This document shows, one piece after another, positions 43,329-54,338 of a stretch of 64,000 nt of DNA (positions within the stretch are counted from its first letter, which is position 1; every line of letters begins with the position of its first letter). The stretch is taken from assembly GCA_963805975.1 (NCBI GenBank), contig CAWDVR010000002.1:1088001-1152000 (forward strand), given 5' to 3'. The stretch is from an uncultured Acidobacteriota bacterium (GTDB lineage: Bacteria > Acidobacteriota > Thermoanaerobaculia > Multivoradales > SZUA-115). A program made the position numbers and the translations under genes. The notes below the pieces were generated by a model that had not been told where the DNA came from, ran no database searches, and saw only the letters and a list, made by a program, of their open reading frames with translations.

Positions 43329-45308
43329 ATGAACGCTCGTGATGTGACCGGCCGGGAAGAGTTTGGCAGCTACACCTTGCTCAAGAAGCTCGCCGAGGAC
43401 CCCCTGGGCGAGACCTTCCGCGCCGGGAGGATCGGCGCCAAGGGCATGGAGCAGGTGGTGCTCCTGCGTGTTTTCAACGGCCCGAGCGTCGAGCCCGACG
43501 CCCTCTGGCGCCAGCTCGCGAACCGTGGCGCCGTGCAGGAAGCGCTCAAGAGCCCGAACGTCGGCAGCGGCGTCGAGCTGGGACGGGTGCGCAACGTGCC
43601 GTTCGTCGCCTACGACTACATCTCCGGCAAGAGCCTGGCCTCGCTCCTGGCCCAGATCAGCCACGAGCGCTCGCCGCTGCCCACCGACCACGCCCTGCTG
43701 ATCGCCGAGCGCATCGCGCTCGGGCTCTCGGTGGGCTACGAGACCAAGGTGCAGGAGCAGCGCATCCTGCACGGCTTCCTGGTGCCCCCGCTGCTGATGC
43801 TCGGCAACGAGGGCGACATGCGGGTGCTCGGCTTCGAGGCCGCGCCCGGCCTGCGCGAGGTGGTGAAGACCGGCTCCCTCGCGCCCGAGGTCGCGCGCTT
43901 CCTCGCTCCCGAAACCCTGTCCGGGGCCCCCCTCCACCGCGCCGACGACGTCTACTCGCTGGGCTCGATCCTCTTCGAGCTGCTGACCGGCCAGCCGCTG
44001 CCGAGCGGCGCGGGCGCGCGCGGTGTCGACGGCGCGCGGCTCGCCGGCGAGGGCACGCCCATCCCCGCCGAGATCGCCAACCTGATCAAGCGCAGCCTCG
44101 CCCCGCAGGCCGAGCGCATCCCCGACGTGGTGACCTGGCACCGCCTGCTGTCGAAGCTGATGATCGACAGCCAGTACAGCGCCACCACCTTCAATCTCGC
44201 CTTCTTCATGCACAACCTCTTCCGCGACGAGATCGACCGCGAGAGCAAGGAGATCGAGAAGGAGAAGACGCTGGCGCTGCCGCGGCGCGAAGTGCTGGCC
44301 GCCGCCGCGGCGGCCGGCCACGGCCAGTCGGCGACGGTGGAGATGAGGCCGGGCGCGCCGAGCCCGGCGTTCGGCGCCCACGACGCCGACGCGCGCGACT
44401 CCGCGGCCAAGGGCGGCAACATGGCGCTCTGGGGAGGGCTCGCGGCGCTGGTGCTGATCGGCGGCGGCGCGGGCATCTACTTCGGCCTGATCCGGGACTC
44501 GAAGCCTGCCGCCCAGACCGAAACGTCGCCCGTACAGGACACCGCGGCGCCGGTCTCGACCGAGGAGACGGCGCCGGCGACAGGGGAGCCCACAGCCGAC
44601 GCCACGGTGACGGCCCAGGCCCCCGACGCACAGTCGGACCTCAACGCCCAGCTCGAGAAGCTCCTCGCCGAGCGCATGGCGGCGATGGAGAAATCCGTCC
44701 GCGCCCAGTACGACGAGAAGATCCGCGGCCTGCAGCAGTCGATCGATCAGTCGCAGCGGGCCTCGGCGGAACGGCCCGCCGGCGCCACCGAGGCCGGCAA
44801 ACCACCGGCAGGGGCCGTCGAGCCGGCGCCGGCGACTTCCGGTGCCGCGAACCCGGACGGCGCGGCGAGCGCCCCGGCGGGAGGGCCTGCGGTGGCCGAC
44901 ACCACGAGCGCCGACACCGTTCCCGAGCCGGCGCCCGCCGCCGCGGACTCGGTACCCGCCCCCTCGCCGACCACCGCCGCCGAGCCGCAGCGCCGCCAGG
45001 TGCGGGTGGGCGATCTCGTCGAGGCCGGCCCCGGGGTGATCGCGCCCCGCATCAAGAACATGCCCAACCCGGTCTACCCGCCCGCCGCCAGGCGGCTCAA
45101 CAAATCCTCGGTGGTGCCGGTCCGGGTGCGCGCGCTGGTGGACGAAAACGGCCGTGTGACCCGGGCCGAGCTGGGCGGGCCGGACCCCGGATTCGGATTC
45201 GGGGACGCGGCGCTCGCCGCCGCGCGCTCCGCCCGCTTCGAACCCGCCACCCTGCAAGGGGTGCGGGTCAAGATGTGGAAGCCGTTCACGGTGGAGTTCA
45301 AACCGTAG
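43329..45308 (+). CDS. Ser/Thr pseudokinase - TM - Pro/Ala linker - TonB C-terminal domain fusion
   Basis: Kinase fold (FGSYTLL, FLAPE, DDVYSLGSILFELLTG) with degenerate catalytic motifs; TM ALWGGLAALVLIGGGAGIYFG; PVYPPAARR...VDENGRV...ARFEPA TonB-C. Confidence 0.85.
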   Translation: MNARDVTGREEFGSYTLLKKLAEDPLGETFRAGRIGAKGMEQVVLLRVFNGPSVEPDALWRQLANRGAVQEALKSPNVGSGVELGRVRNVPFVAYDYISGKSLASLLAQISHERSPLPTDHALLIAERIALGLSVGYETKVQEQRILHGFLVPPLLMLGNEGDMRVLGFEAAPGLREVVKTGSLAPEVARFLAPETLSGAPLHRADDVYSLGSILFELLTGQPLPSGAGARGVDGARLAGEGTPIPAEIANLIKRSLAPQAERIPDVVTWHRLLSKLMIDSQYSATTFNLAFFMHNLFRDEIDRESKEIEKEKTLALPRREVLAAAAAAGHGQSATVEMRPGAPSPAFGAHDADARDSAAKGGNMALWGGLAALVLIGGGAGIYFGLIRDSKPAAQTETSPVQDTAAPVSTEETAPATGEPTADATVTAQAPDAQSDLNAQLEKLLAERMAAMEKSVRAQYDEKIRGLQQSIDQSQRASAERPAGATEAGKPPAGAVEPAPATSGAANPDGAASAPAGGPAVADTTSADTVPEPAPAAADSVPAPSPTTAAEPQRRQVRVGDLVEAGPGVIAPRIKNMPNPVYPPAARRLNKSSVVPVRVRALVDENGRVTRAELGGPDPGFGFGDAALAAARSARFEPATLQGVRVKMWKPFTVEFKP

Positions 45309-45402
45309 GGTAGAGCCAGAAACGGCATGCGCTGAGCATCCGCGCTCTGAACGCCAGAGGACCGTGGCCAACTCCGGCGGCGTCCCGTGGGAGGAGAACA
45401 GA

Positions 45403-46425
45403 ATGAGACCCGAATTCACGCGCGCGTTGTTAGTACTCTTGGTATCGAGCTTCGCATCTGCCAACTCATACGCCGTTTGCGACTACGGCCCAGACACCTG
45501 CCTGTTCGGATTCGTGTGGCGGGAAGCGTTCCCTGGTGATCACGTTTGCGTAACAGGCGCTACTCGCGATCAGGCAAGGAGTGACAACAACCTGGCTGAC
45601 CAGAGAAGATCGCCGACAGGCGGAGACACATGCTTACCCGGATTCGTGTGGCGGGAAGCGTCGCCTACCGATCATGTCTGCGTGCTCGGAAGCACGCGCA
45701 CGGAGGCGGCTTCAGATAATGCTCAGGCAGGCGCCCGAAGAGATCCGCAATGCGCCGATCCATCGCTAAGCGACAGTTCGGCGCCCAGTTTCATCGAGAA
45801 CACGATTACCTTTGTACGTGTCTCGGACAATCTTCAGGTCGGGTCAGAAGTCATACCGCCTGCCGGATTGACAAAATCATCAGTGGCCCGAGATCGACGA
45901 TTTGTAGTAGCAGCTTCTGCGGGCGACAACGAGAGCGGCATCGCCAGCATACGCCTGCAAGGTGGAATAGGCTGGAACTGCACACCGCGCCTCGAGGGCG
46001 TGGGCACCAATCAACAAGGGTCGCTGGGCGCGCCGTCTGATGAAGAAAAAGATAACACCAGCACACCGGGAAATCCGCTGCTGCGAAGCGCTCATTTCAC
46101 CATCGATCCTTTTGAGGGCAATCCCTTGCGCCTGGTTTGCCCATGCACCAACGATTCCGGGCCGCTCACGGTCAGCATCACGTTGGCTGCACGCAACGGG
46201 AAGGGACTGGAAACAACTTCTCCACCAATTACGGTGGAGTACTCCCCCCAATTACCGACCTGCGGTGTTGCGTCGGGTGCAATTTGTGGCAACAATGTGC
46301 TCGGCCAGGTCCTGACTTGCACAGACGGCCGGAGCTGCGACTTCAAAAGGTCTACGGTTTGCTCGGGATGGTGGATATTCAGAACCTGCGACAAAATTCA
46401 GACAACAGACATGTTCTGTCCGTAG
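45403..46425 (+). CDS. Secreted cysteine-rich protein with two DTCxxGFVWREAxPxDHVCV repeats
   Basis: RBS GAGGAG, signal peptide, 16 Cys, identical 23-bp repeat at 45507 and 45639; visibly lower GC than its neighbours. Confidence 0.8.
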   Translation: MRPEFTRALLVLLVSSFASANSYAVCDYGPDTCLFGFVWREAFPGDHVCVTGATRDQARSDNNLADQRRSPTGGDTCLPGFVWREASPTDHVCVLGSTRTEAASDNAQAGARRDPQCADPSLSDSSAPSFIENTITFVRVSDNLQVGSEVIPPAGLTKSSVARDRRFVVAASAGDNESGIASIRLQGGIGWNCTPRLEGVGTNQQGSLGAPSDEEKDNTSTPGNPLLRSAHFTIDPFEGNPLRLVCPCTNDSGPLTVSITLAARNGKGLETTSPPITVEYSPQLPTCGVASGAICGNNVLGQVLTCTDGRSCDFKRSTVCSGWWIFRTCDKIQTTDMFCP

Positions 46426-46501
46426 GTACTGCTCGAGACCGCCGCGAACGGCGGAATCGGCCGCTACAGGCGTCCTCTCAGAGTCTCCGGTCACACTCTG
46501 G

Positions 46502-46543
46502 CCCCTCTCCCCGCGTGGGCGGGGAGAGGGCTGGGGTGAGGGG
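46502..46543. repeat. Single REP-like unit (same family as 43090-43209)
   Basis: CCCCTCTCCCCGCGTGGGCGGGGAGAGGGCTGGGGTGAGGGG between convergent genes. Confidence 0.85.
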
Positions 46544-46549
46544 TCTGTC

Positions 46550-47176
46550 CTACAGGTCGGCGGCCTTGATGCTGGCCACCAACTGCTGCACCACCGGCTT
46601 CATCACCTTGTCGAACTGGCGCTCGTCGCCCTGCACACCGCCGCCGAAGCCGCCCACCGAGAGCTTGAAGGCCGTGTCCTCGCCGCGCGCCTCGTCCGCC
46701 CACAGGATCTCGCCGGTGGTGGTGTCGATGATGCGCGCGTTGGCCGCGGCGACGAAGGTCTTCTTGCCGCCCGAGAAGCCCGGCAGCCCGCGCACGCCCG
46801 GCCCGTGAGCGCCGGTCTCGGTGGCGCCGTACTCGGTGACCGCGCCGGTCAGGAAGTACTGCACGCCGATGAGCTTGCCGGCCTTGATGGCGGTCTTGGG
46901 ATCGACGTCGCCGGACAGCGAGAGGTTCTTCTCGGCCAGCAGGGCATCGAGCTGCTCGCGGTCCATGACCCGGAACTTGCCGCTCTTGACCAGCTCGGTG
47001 ACGAACACGTCCTGCATCGCAGCGGAGCCGCCGTGCCACCAGTACTGGCCATCCGCCTTGTTCTTGAACTCCAGAACGGCGATGCGGGGCTTGCCGTCGC
47101 TGGCCGCCGTGGCCAGGGGGACGACCGCCAGCGCGACCAGCGCGGCAACGATCAGCAGGGAAAGCACCTTCTTCAT
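46550..47176 (-). CDS. CsgG/HfaB-family exported protein
   Basis: MKKVLSLL signal, KPRIAVLEF, LVKSGKFRVMDREQLDALLAE, RIIDTTTGEILW. Confidence 0.85.
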   Translation of the reverse strand: MKKVLSLLIVAALVALAVVPLATAASDGKPRIAVLEFKNKADGQYWWHGGSAAMQDVFVTELVKSGKFRVMDREQLDALLAEKNLSLSGDVDPKTAIKAGKLIGVQYFLTGAVTEYGATETGAHGPGVRGLPGFSGGKKTFVAAANARIIDTTTGEILWADEARGEDTAFKLSVGGFGGGVQGDERQFDKVMKPVVQQLVASIKAADL

Positions 47177-47398
47177 GGCTTGAAACCTCCTGTTGGCACC
47201 CATCATGGGGTGTTCGTACTGTGCTCGGAAAGCGCGCGCTCGGCGCCGTCCCGGCTCTTCGTCGAATCGCTCATGGAACGCGCTACAGCTTACTCCAACT
47301 CCTGGCCGGCCGCGAGACAGCCGGCTCAACGCGACCGGCATTTGCGATAGCCTCTCGCGGTCCGCCGCCCGACTCCGACCGCGAACCCGAGCGCCCTC

Positions 47399-48187
47399 AT
47401 GCCAGCCGCCCGCACCTACAGCAACTACCTCAAGCTCGACGAGCTCCTCGTCCTCCAGCAGCCCCTGTCCGACGGGCCGGAGCACGACGAGATGCTCTTC
47501 ATCGTCATCCACCAGGTCTACGAGCTGTGGTTCAAGCAGGTTCTCTGGGAGCTCGACTGGCTGCGCCAGGCCCTGCTCGAGAATCGCGCCCCCCGTGCTC
47601 TCGCCACCTTCAAGCGCATCCTCACCATCATGAAGACGCTGGTGGCGCAGATCGACGTCCTCGAAACCATGACCCCGGTCTCCTTCGGGTCCTTCCGTGC
47701 CCGGCTCGACGCCGCGAGCGGCTTCCAATCCCGGCAGTTCCGCGAGATCGAGTGGGTGCTCGGCACACGCCGGTCGGCCCGTCTCGCGAGCTTTCCGGAG
47801 GGTGAAGAAGACCGCCGCCGTCTCGAGGCCCGCCTCGCCGAGCCCTCGCTCTACGACACTTTCCTCCGCTTCCTGGCCGCCAACGGCGAGCCCGTACCGG
47901 CCGAGGCCTTCGGGCGCGAGCCCGCCGCGCCGCCTTTCGAGGACGAGCGCGTGCGCCGGATCCTGATCGGCATCTACCGCGAGAACCCCGCCCTGCGCGA
48001 GGTCTGCGAGCGCATGGTGGACCTCGACGAGGGCCTCCAGGAGTGGCGCTACCGGCATATCAAGATGGTGCAGCGCACGATCGGTACCAAGCGGGGCACC
48101 GGCGGCTCGCCCGGGGCCGAGTATCTGAAGACCACGCTCTTCGACCCTCTCTTCCCGGACCTCTGGACCATGCGGGCCGACCTCTGA
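47399..48187 (+). CDS. kynA: Tryptophan 2,3-dioxygenase
   Basis: YSNYLKLDELL, HDEMLFIVIHQVYELWFK, SGFQS.QFR, WRYRH, GTGGS. Confidence 0.95.
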   Translation: MPAARTYSNYLKLDELLVLQQPLSDGPEHDEMLFIVIHQVYELWFKQVLWELDWLRQALLENRAPRALATFKRILTIMKTLVAQIDVLETMTPVSFGSFRARLDAASGFQSRQFREIEWVLGTRRSARLASFPEGEEDRRRLEARLAEPSLYDTFLRFLAANGEPVPAEAFGREPAAPPFEDERVRRILIGIYRENPALREVCERMVDLDEGLQEWRYRHIKMVQRTIGTKRGTGGSPGAEYLKTTLFDPLFPDLWTMRADL

Positions 48188-48265
48188 GCGGCTCCGGCAA
48201 ACCCATCTCTCCCAGCAACCTATCCGCTCTTTCCCGCTTCGCGGGGCCAGGGCTCTGAGATCATC

Positions 48266-49462
48266 GTGCATCCTCGGGACCTCGCATCTACGCCCAACCC
48301 GCTCGCCCCGCACTACTCGCGCTTCCGGGTCGGGGAACGGCTGCTCCTCACCGGGCACTCCCACCAGGCTTGGCCGGACCTGGCCCTCGAGGGCCAGGTG
48401 GAGGCCTTCCACGATGCCGCGGAGCGGGTGGACGAGAAGTGGGAGCGCGCCTTCGCCAAGGCGGCGCGGTTGAAGCGGGGCATCGCCCGCTTTCTGGACG
48501 ACGACGCAGGCACCTATGCGCTGGGCGCGAGCACGCACGATCTCGTGGTGCGGTTCCTCTCGGCCCTGCCGCTCGCCCGCCGGCCGCGGTTGGTGACCAC
48601 GGACGGCGAGTTTCACACCTTGCGGCGCCAGCTCGCGCGGCTGGCCGAGGAAGGTGTCGAGGTGGTCCGCGTGGCCGCCGAGCCGGCCGAGAGCGTCGCT
48701 TCACGGCTGATCGCGGCGCTGGACGAGCGGACCGCGGCGGTGCTCGCCTCGTCGGTCTTCTTCGGCAGCGGGCGGATCGCCCTGGGCCTGGGCGAGGTGC
48801 TGGCAGCCTGCCGGCGCGCCGGGGCCGAGCTGCTGGTCGACGCCTACCACTCGCTGGGGGTCGTACCGCTGTCGGTCCCCGGCGAGGAGCTGGACGGCGC
48901 CTTCCTCCTAGGCGGCGGCTACAAGTACCTGCAGATGGGTGAGGGCAACTGCTTCCTGCGGGTGCCGCCGGGCCGGGACCTGCGCCCGGTGGTGACCGGC
49001 TGGTTCGCCGAGTTCGAGGCCCTGGCCCAGGGCCATGACCCGAACGAGGTGGCCTACGGCGCCGGCGCCGCCGCCTTCGCCGGCGCCACCTACGATCCCA
49101 CCAGCCACTACCGGGCCGCCGCGGTGCTCGACTTCTGGGACGAGCACGGTCTCAAGCCCGGCCTGCTCCGCGCCGTGAGCCAGCGCCAGGTGGGTCTCCT
49201 CGCCGAGCGCTTCGACGCCCTCGACCTGCCGCCCGCGCTCGTCACCCGCGACCGCGTGCCCATCTCGTACCTCGGCGGCTTCCTCGCCCTCACCTCGCCG
49301 CGCGCCGGCGAGCTCTCGGCCGCGCTCTCGGACCGCGGCGTGATGACCGACTTCCGCGCCAACGTCCTCCGCCTCGGCCCCGCGCCCTACCTCTCCGACG
49401 CGCAGCTCGAGGACGCGATGGCGCGCCTCGGCGAGGCCGCGCGAAGCCTCGCCGACCGCTAG
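48266..49462 (+). CDS. kynU: Kynureninase (PLP-dependent)
   Basis: LLTGHSHQ, DAYHSLG, GGYKYL PLP lysine, TGWFA; follows kynA. Confidence 0.85.
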   Translation: MHPRDLASTPNPLAPHYSRFRVGERLLLTGHSHQAWPDLALEGQVEAFHDAAERVDEKWERAFAKAARLKRGIARFLDDDAGTYALGASTHDLVVRFLSALPLARRPRLVTTDGEFHTLRRQLARLAEEGVEVVRVAAEPAESVASRLIAALDERTAAVLASSVFFGSGRIALGLGEVLAACRRAGAELLVDAYHSLGVVPLSVPGEELDGAFLLGGGYKYLQMGEGNCFLRVPPGRDLRPVVTGWFAEFEALAQGHDPNEVAYGAGAAAFAGATYDPTSHYRAAAVLDFWDEHGLKPGLLRAVSQRQVGLLAERFDALDLPPALVTRDRVPISYLGGFLALTSPRAGELSAALSDRGVMTDFRANVLRLGPAPYLSDAQLEDAMARLGEAARSLADR

Positions 49463-49473
49463 AATCCCTCGTC

Positions 49474-51063
<1,590 letters not shown>

Positions 51064-51069
51064 GCACCC

Positions 51070-52599
51070 TCAGGGATCGATCTTTTCTCGCCACGCGGCC
51101 GGCAGCCTGCTGATGGGCAGGATGTAGCCGAGCTGGGAGTAGACCTCGGCGTCCTCCACCGTGGCGGACGGTACGCCGATCAGGCGATAAGCGCCGTCGA
51201 GCGCCGCGCCGCCCGAGTTGCCGGAGCCGATCTCGGCATCGGTCTTCAGCACCACGCCGGCCTCGGTGGTGTCGAAGCCGCTGATCACGCCTCGGGTCAG
51301 GGTCACCGACACGCGGCTGCCGAGCCCCCCGGCGCCGGGGAACCCCAGCACGGTCACCGGATCACCGATCGCCACCGCCTCGGAGCTGCCGCGTTCGAGG
51401 AACGGGAACCGGTAGCCGGCCGGCAGCTCCTGGCCGTAGAGACCGCTCTCGATCTTCACCAGCGCGAGGTCCAGCGCGCGGTCGGCCAGCACCACGCTGC
51501 CACGGAACAGCTCCGCCGGCGGCATCCTGGCGTCGAGGCACAGGCTCACCACCAGCTCTCCACTACCCGCCGGGTTGCCGGTGTCGTCCACCACCACGTG
51601 GAAATTGGTCAGCACCCAGCCGTCCGGAGAGACCAGCGTACCGCTGCCGCTGCCGCTCTGGGTCAGGATCTCGACCGTCGACAGGAGCGCGCGATCGATG
51701 CCCGCGGCCGGCTGGCGCAGCGTGGGGATCGAGAGCAGCTCTGCCGCCGGCTGTGCCGCGAAGCTGGCGTGGGCGGTGAAGCGGGCGAGGTCGAGCTGGA
51801 AGGGGTCGAAGACGCTCACGTACCAGGTGCCGGGGGCGAGCGGCGGGTCGCTCGCCTCGTCGATCAGCAGCGTCTCCCGGCCGAGCAGGCTGTCCGCCAC
51901 ATGGTCGGCATCCTCCGGGTTCAGCACCGCCTGGCCGCGCCGGGCCACCATGTCGAGGTCGCTCGTCACCTGGTCGAGATCGATGCGCAGCGCCGCGGCG
52001 CCCCGCGGCACGTCCACCGTGAAGGTGCGGAACCAGCCGCTGTCGGCGGAAGTCTCCATCGCCCGCGGCTCGCCGGGCACCAGGCGGCCGTCCACGCGGG
52101 AGCGGATCACGGAGGCGGTGATGGTGAATGGGATCTCGTTCACCCGTCGCTTGCGGATCCGCGGCTCCGCCTCCACCGTGTAGGCGACGTCCACGTAGTA
52201 GGTGCCGGGCACGAGCGGCGGCTCGCCGGAGCGCAGGATGGTGAGCGTGTCGTTGTAGAGCCGGGTCGAGGCCTCGTACTCGGCGTCCTCGTCGTAGTTG
52301 GCGAGCGGGCGGTCCCGGCGCGCGAAGAGGTCGAGGTCGACCGGCGCGTCCTCGATCTCGAGGGTCAGCATCATGGCGTCGCCGGGCACCTCGACGATGA
52401 AGCTCTGCCAGAGCTGATCTTCCCAGTCGATGACCGCCGCCTTCGGCCGCCCCAGCTCCAACCGCGTGGCGCTTTCTTCGGCGTCCTCGGCCACGGGCTC
52501 CTGAGCCAAGAGCGGCGTGCCAAGGCCCGCGAGCGCCGTGAGGATCCCCAGCCAGGCCAACAGCGGACCGCCCGCGCAACGCCAAGGGCTCGATTTCAC
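51070..52599 (-). CDS. Exported trypsin-like serine protease with two N-terminal PPC-like domains
   Basis: Signal peptide; repeated DLDL/DLDM...PPL.PGT(Y/W)YV domains; triad LTNFHV, DLAL, GNSGG; GTG start inferred. Confidence 0.85.
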   Translation of the reverse strand: MKSSPWRCAGGPLLAWLGILTALAGLGTPLLAQEPVAEDAEESATRLELGRPKAAVIDWEDQLWQSFIVEVPGDAMMLTLEIEDAPVDLDLFARRDRPLANYDEDAEYEASTRLYNDTLTILRSGEPPLVPGTYYVDVAYTVEAEPRIRKRRVNEIPFTITASVIRSRVDGRLVPGEPRAMETSADSGWFRTFTVDVPRGAAALRIDLDQVTSDLDMVARRGQAVLNPEDADHVADSLLGRETLLIDEASDPPLAPGTWYVSVFDPFQLDLARFTAHASFAAQPAAELLSIPTLRQPAAGIDRALLSTVEILTQSGSGSGTLVSPDGWVLTNFHVVVDDTGNPAGSGELVVSLCLDARMPPAELFRGSVVLADRALDLALVKIESGLYGQELPAGYRFPFLERGSSEAVAIGDPVTVLGFPGAGGLGSRVSVTLTRGVISGFDTTEAGVVLKTDAEIGSGNSGGAALDGAYRLIGVPSATVEDAEVYSQLGYILPISRLPAAWREKIDP

Positions 52600-52619
52600 G
52601 CGACGAGTCTCCTGCCAAC

Positions 52620-52650
52620 AAAAAAGCGAGCCGCAAATGCGACTCGCTTT
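52620..52650 (-). terminator. Rho-independent terminator downstream of tRNA-Met
   Basis: Stem-loop AAAGCGAG.CGCA-AA-TGCG.CTCGCTTT with a U-tract on the minus strand. Confidence 0.8.
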
Positions 52651-52657
52651 GACTTGA

Positions 52658-52738
<81 letters not shown>

Positions 52739-52773
52739 TCACAAGGAGCGTCGCCGCTCCTCGAAGAACGGGA

Positions 52774-52802
52774 AGTATCCCAAAACTTGCCGGCGCTGTC
52801 AA
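52774..52802 (-). promoter_or_regulatory. Sigma70 promoter of tRNA-fMet
   Basis: Minus strand TTGACA-17 bp-GATACT. Confidence 0.75.
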
Positions 52803-52864
52803 AGTCCGGGCAGGGCCTGCGCGCCGCGGGCTCCGTCGAGGTGGCTGTACAATTCGCCGACAGG

Positions 52865-53497
52865 ATGCCTCCCCTGCCGCCCAACCAGAAGCGCGAGGAA
52901 GAAGCACAAAAGATCCTGGCGGCGCTGCGGGAGGGCTCGCTCAGCTTGGACCTCGCTTTCGATCGCCTCTTTCGCTCGCACTACGCCGCCGTCCGTTGGC
53001 TCTTCCGCCAGTGGCTTACCAGCCCGGAGGATCGTGAGGAGCTAACCCAGGAGACTTTTCTCCGCATCTATCTGAGCATCGAGGCGTTTCGCGGAGATTG
53101 CAGCTTCAGCACGTACCTCTTCAAGCTCGCCAAGAACGTGTTCCTCGGGCACCGGCGGAGCAAGCTCGCCGAGAAACGCAGCGGCATCGAGGTTTCTCTC
53201 ACGGGGAGCCCGGAGACCGGGGAGGAGCCGAGCACGGAGCCGCTCCCTCCCGTGCCGCCGGAGCAAGAGGATGCTGTGCTCCGAACGGAGCAGGAGAAAA
53301 AGTTGCTCGAGGTAGTGGGACAGATGCCGGATCAAAGACGCAAGTGCCTGATTTTGAAGTACTACCAGGATCGCAGCGTGCAGGAGATCGCGGCGCTGCT
53401 CCACCTCGCCGAGGGCACGGTGAAGGCGCACTTGCACCAGGGGCGAGAGCAGCTCCGAACACTTCTGGGGGCGGACGCGCTGACGGAACGGACCTAG
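52865..53497 (+). CDS. ECF RNA polymerase sigma factor
   Basis: Region 2 EELTQETFLRIY...FRGDCSFSTYLFKLAKN; region 4 QEIAALLHLAEGTVKAHLHQGR. Confidence 0.93.
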   Translation: MPPLPPNQKREEEAQKILAALREGSLSLDLAFDRLFRSHYAAVRWLFRQWLTSPEDREELTQETFLRIYLSIEAFRGDCSFSTYLFKLAKNVFLGHRRSKLAEKRSGIEVSLTGSPETGEEPSTEPLPPVPPEQEDAVLRTEQEKKLLEVVGQMPDQRRKCLILKYYQDRSVQEIAALLHLAEGTVKAHLHQGREQLRTLLGADALTERT

Positions 53498-53535
53498 ACC
53501 TTCGGGGGCGGGGGTTTCAGGAAAGCAGGTGGAAG

Positions 53536-54321
53536 ATGGCTCAGACACTGAAGATCAAGACCCTGCTCGAGGGCCTGGCTCGCGAGCAGGGCGAGCCGGC
53601 GGCCGGCCATCCCAGCGACGAGGAGCTCGTCGAGTACGAGGCCGGCGAGCTGGACCCGGAGGACTACCGGCGCGTTCAGGACCACTTGGTGGCCTGCGAG
53701 CCGTGCGCCCGTCTGGTGCTCGAGATCTCGCTCCTCGAGCCCAAAGCGCTCGACGGCGAAGACCCGGTTTCCGAGCACGAGCTGGCGCAGTCGCTGCGCA
53801 GGATGCGAACCCGGCTCCCGGCGCAGCCGCCGCTCCGGGTGGTGGCGCAGCCGGTCAGGCCGGGCGGGACCCCCAACTGGTACAGAGCCGTGGCGGCAGG
53901 CCTTTCGGTGGCCGTGCTCGGGCTCGCGGGCTGGGTGGGGCTGCTGCTCTCCCACCGCGGCGGCCCGGAGATCAACGCCTACGTCTGGAACCTGAACGAC
54001 ACCGGCACGCGGGGAGGCTTCGAAGAGGCCGATCTCGTGGAGGTGCCGGCCGGCAGCAACGCCGTGACGCTGTTGCTCTACGCCTCGAAGCTCGGCGAGC
54101 AGGGCACGCCGGAGTACGACGGCTTTCGCGTCGAGATCGCCGGCGCCGGCCGTACCTGGAGCCGCGACGGCCTGCTGGTGGTGGGTTCGGGCTCGTTCTC
54201 CCTCACTCTGCCGAAGGACGATTTCCCAGCCGGCGCCTACAACGTGAGGATCCTGGGTACGCGCCAGGGCCAGCAGGAGGCGGCCCTGGCGACCTACACG
54301 ATCGATCTGCGCTACGCCTGA
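53536..54321 (+). CDS. Zinc-binding (zf-HC2/ZAS) transmembrane anti-sigma factor
   Basis: HPSDEELVEY...HLVACEPC (HxxxCxxC), one TM, beta-rich extracytoplasmic domain. Confidence 0.88.
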   Translation: MAQTLKIKTLLEGLAREQGEPAAGHPSDEELVEYEAGELDPEDYRRVQDHLVACEPCARLVLEISLLEPKALDGEDPVSEHELAQSLRRMRTRLPAQPPLRVVAQPVRPGGTPNWYRAVAAGLSVAVLGLAGWVGLLLSHRGGPEINAYVWNLNDTGTRGGFEEADLVEVPAGSNAVTLLLYASKLGEQGTPEYDGFRVEIAGAGRTWSRDGLLVVGSGSFSLTLPKDDFPAGAYNVRILGTRQGQQEAALATYTIDLRYA

Positions 54322-54338
54322 GGTAGGCTCCGGCCGAG

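Noticed and set aside
46550-48616. 688-aa ORF called on the minus strand
   Set aside because: Only the last ~208 aa (from 47176) form the real CsgG-family gene; the rest is antisense to kynA/kynU
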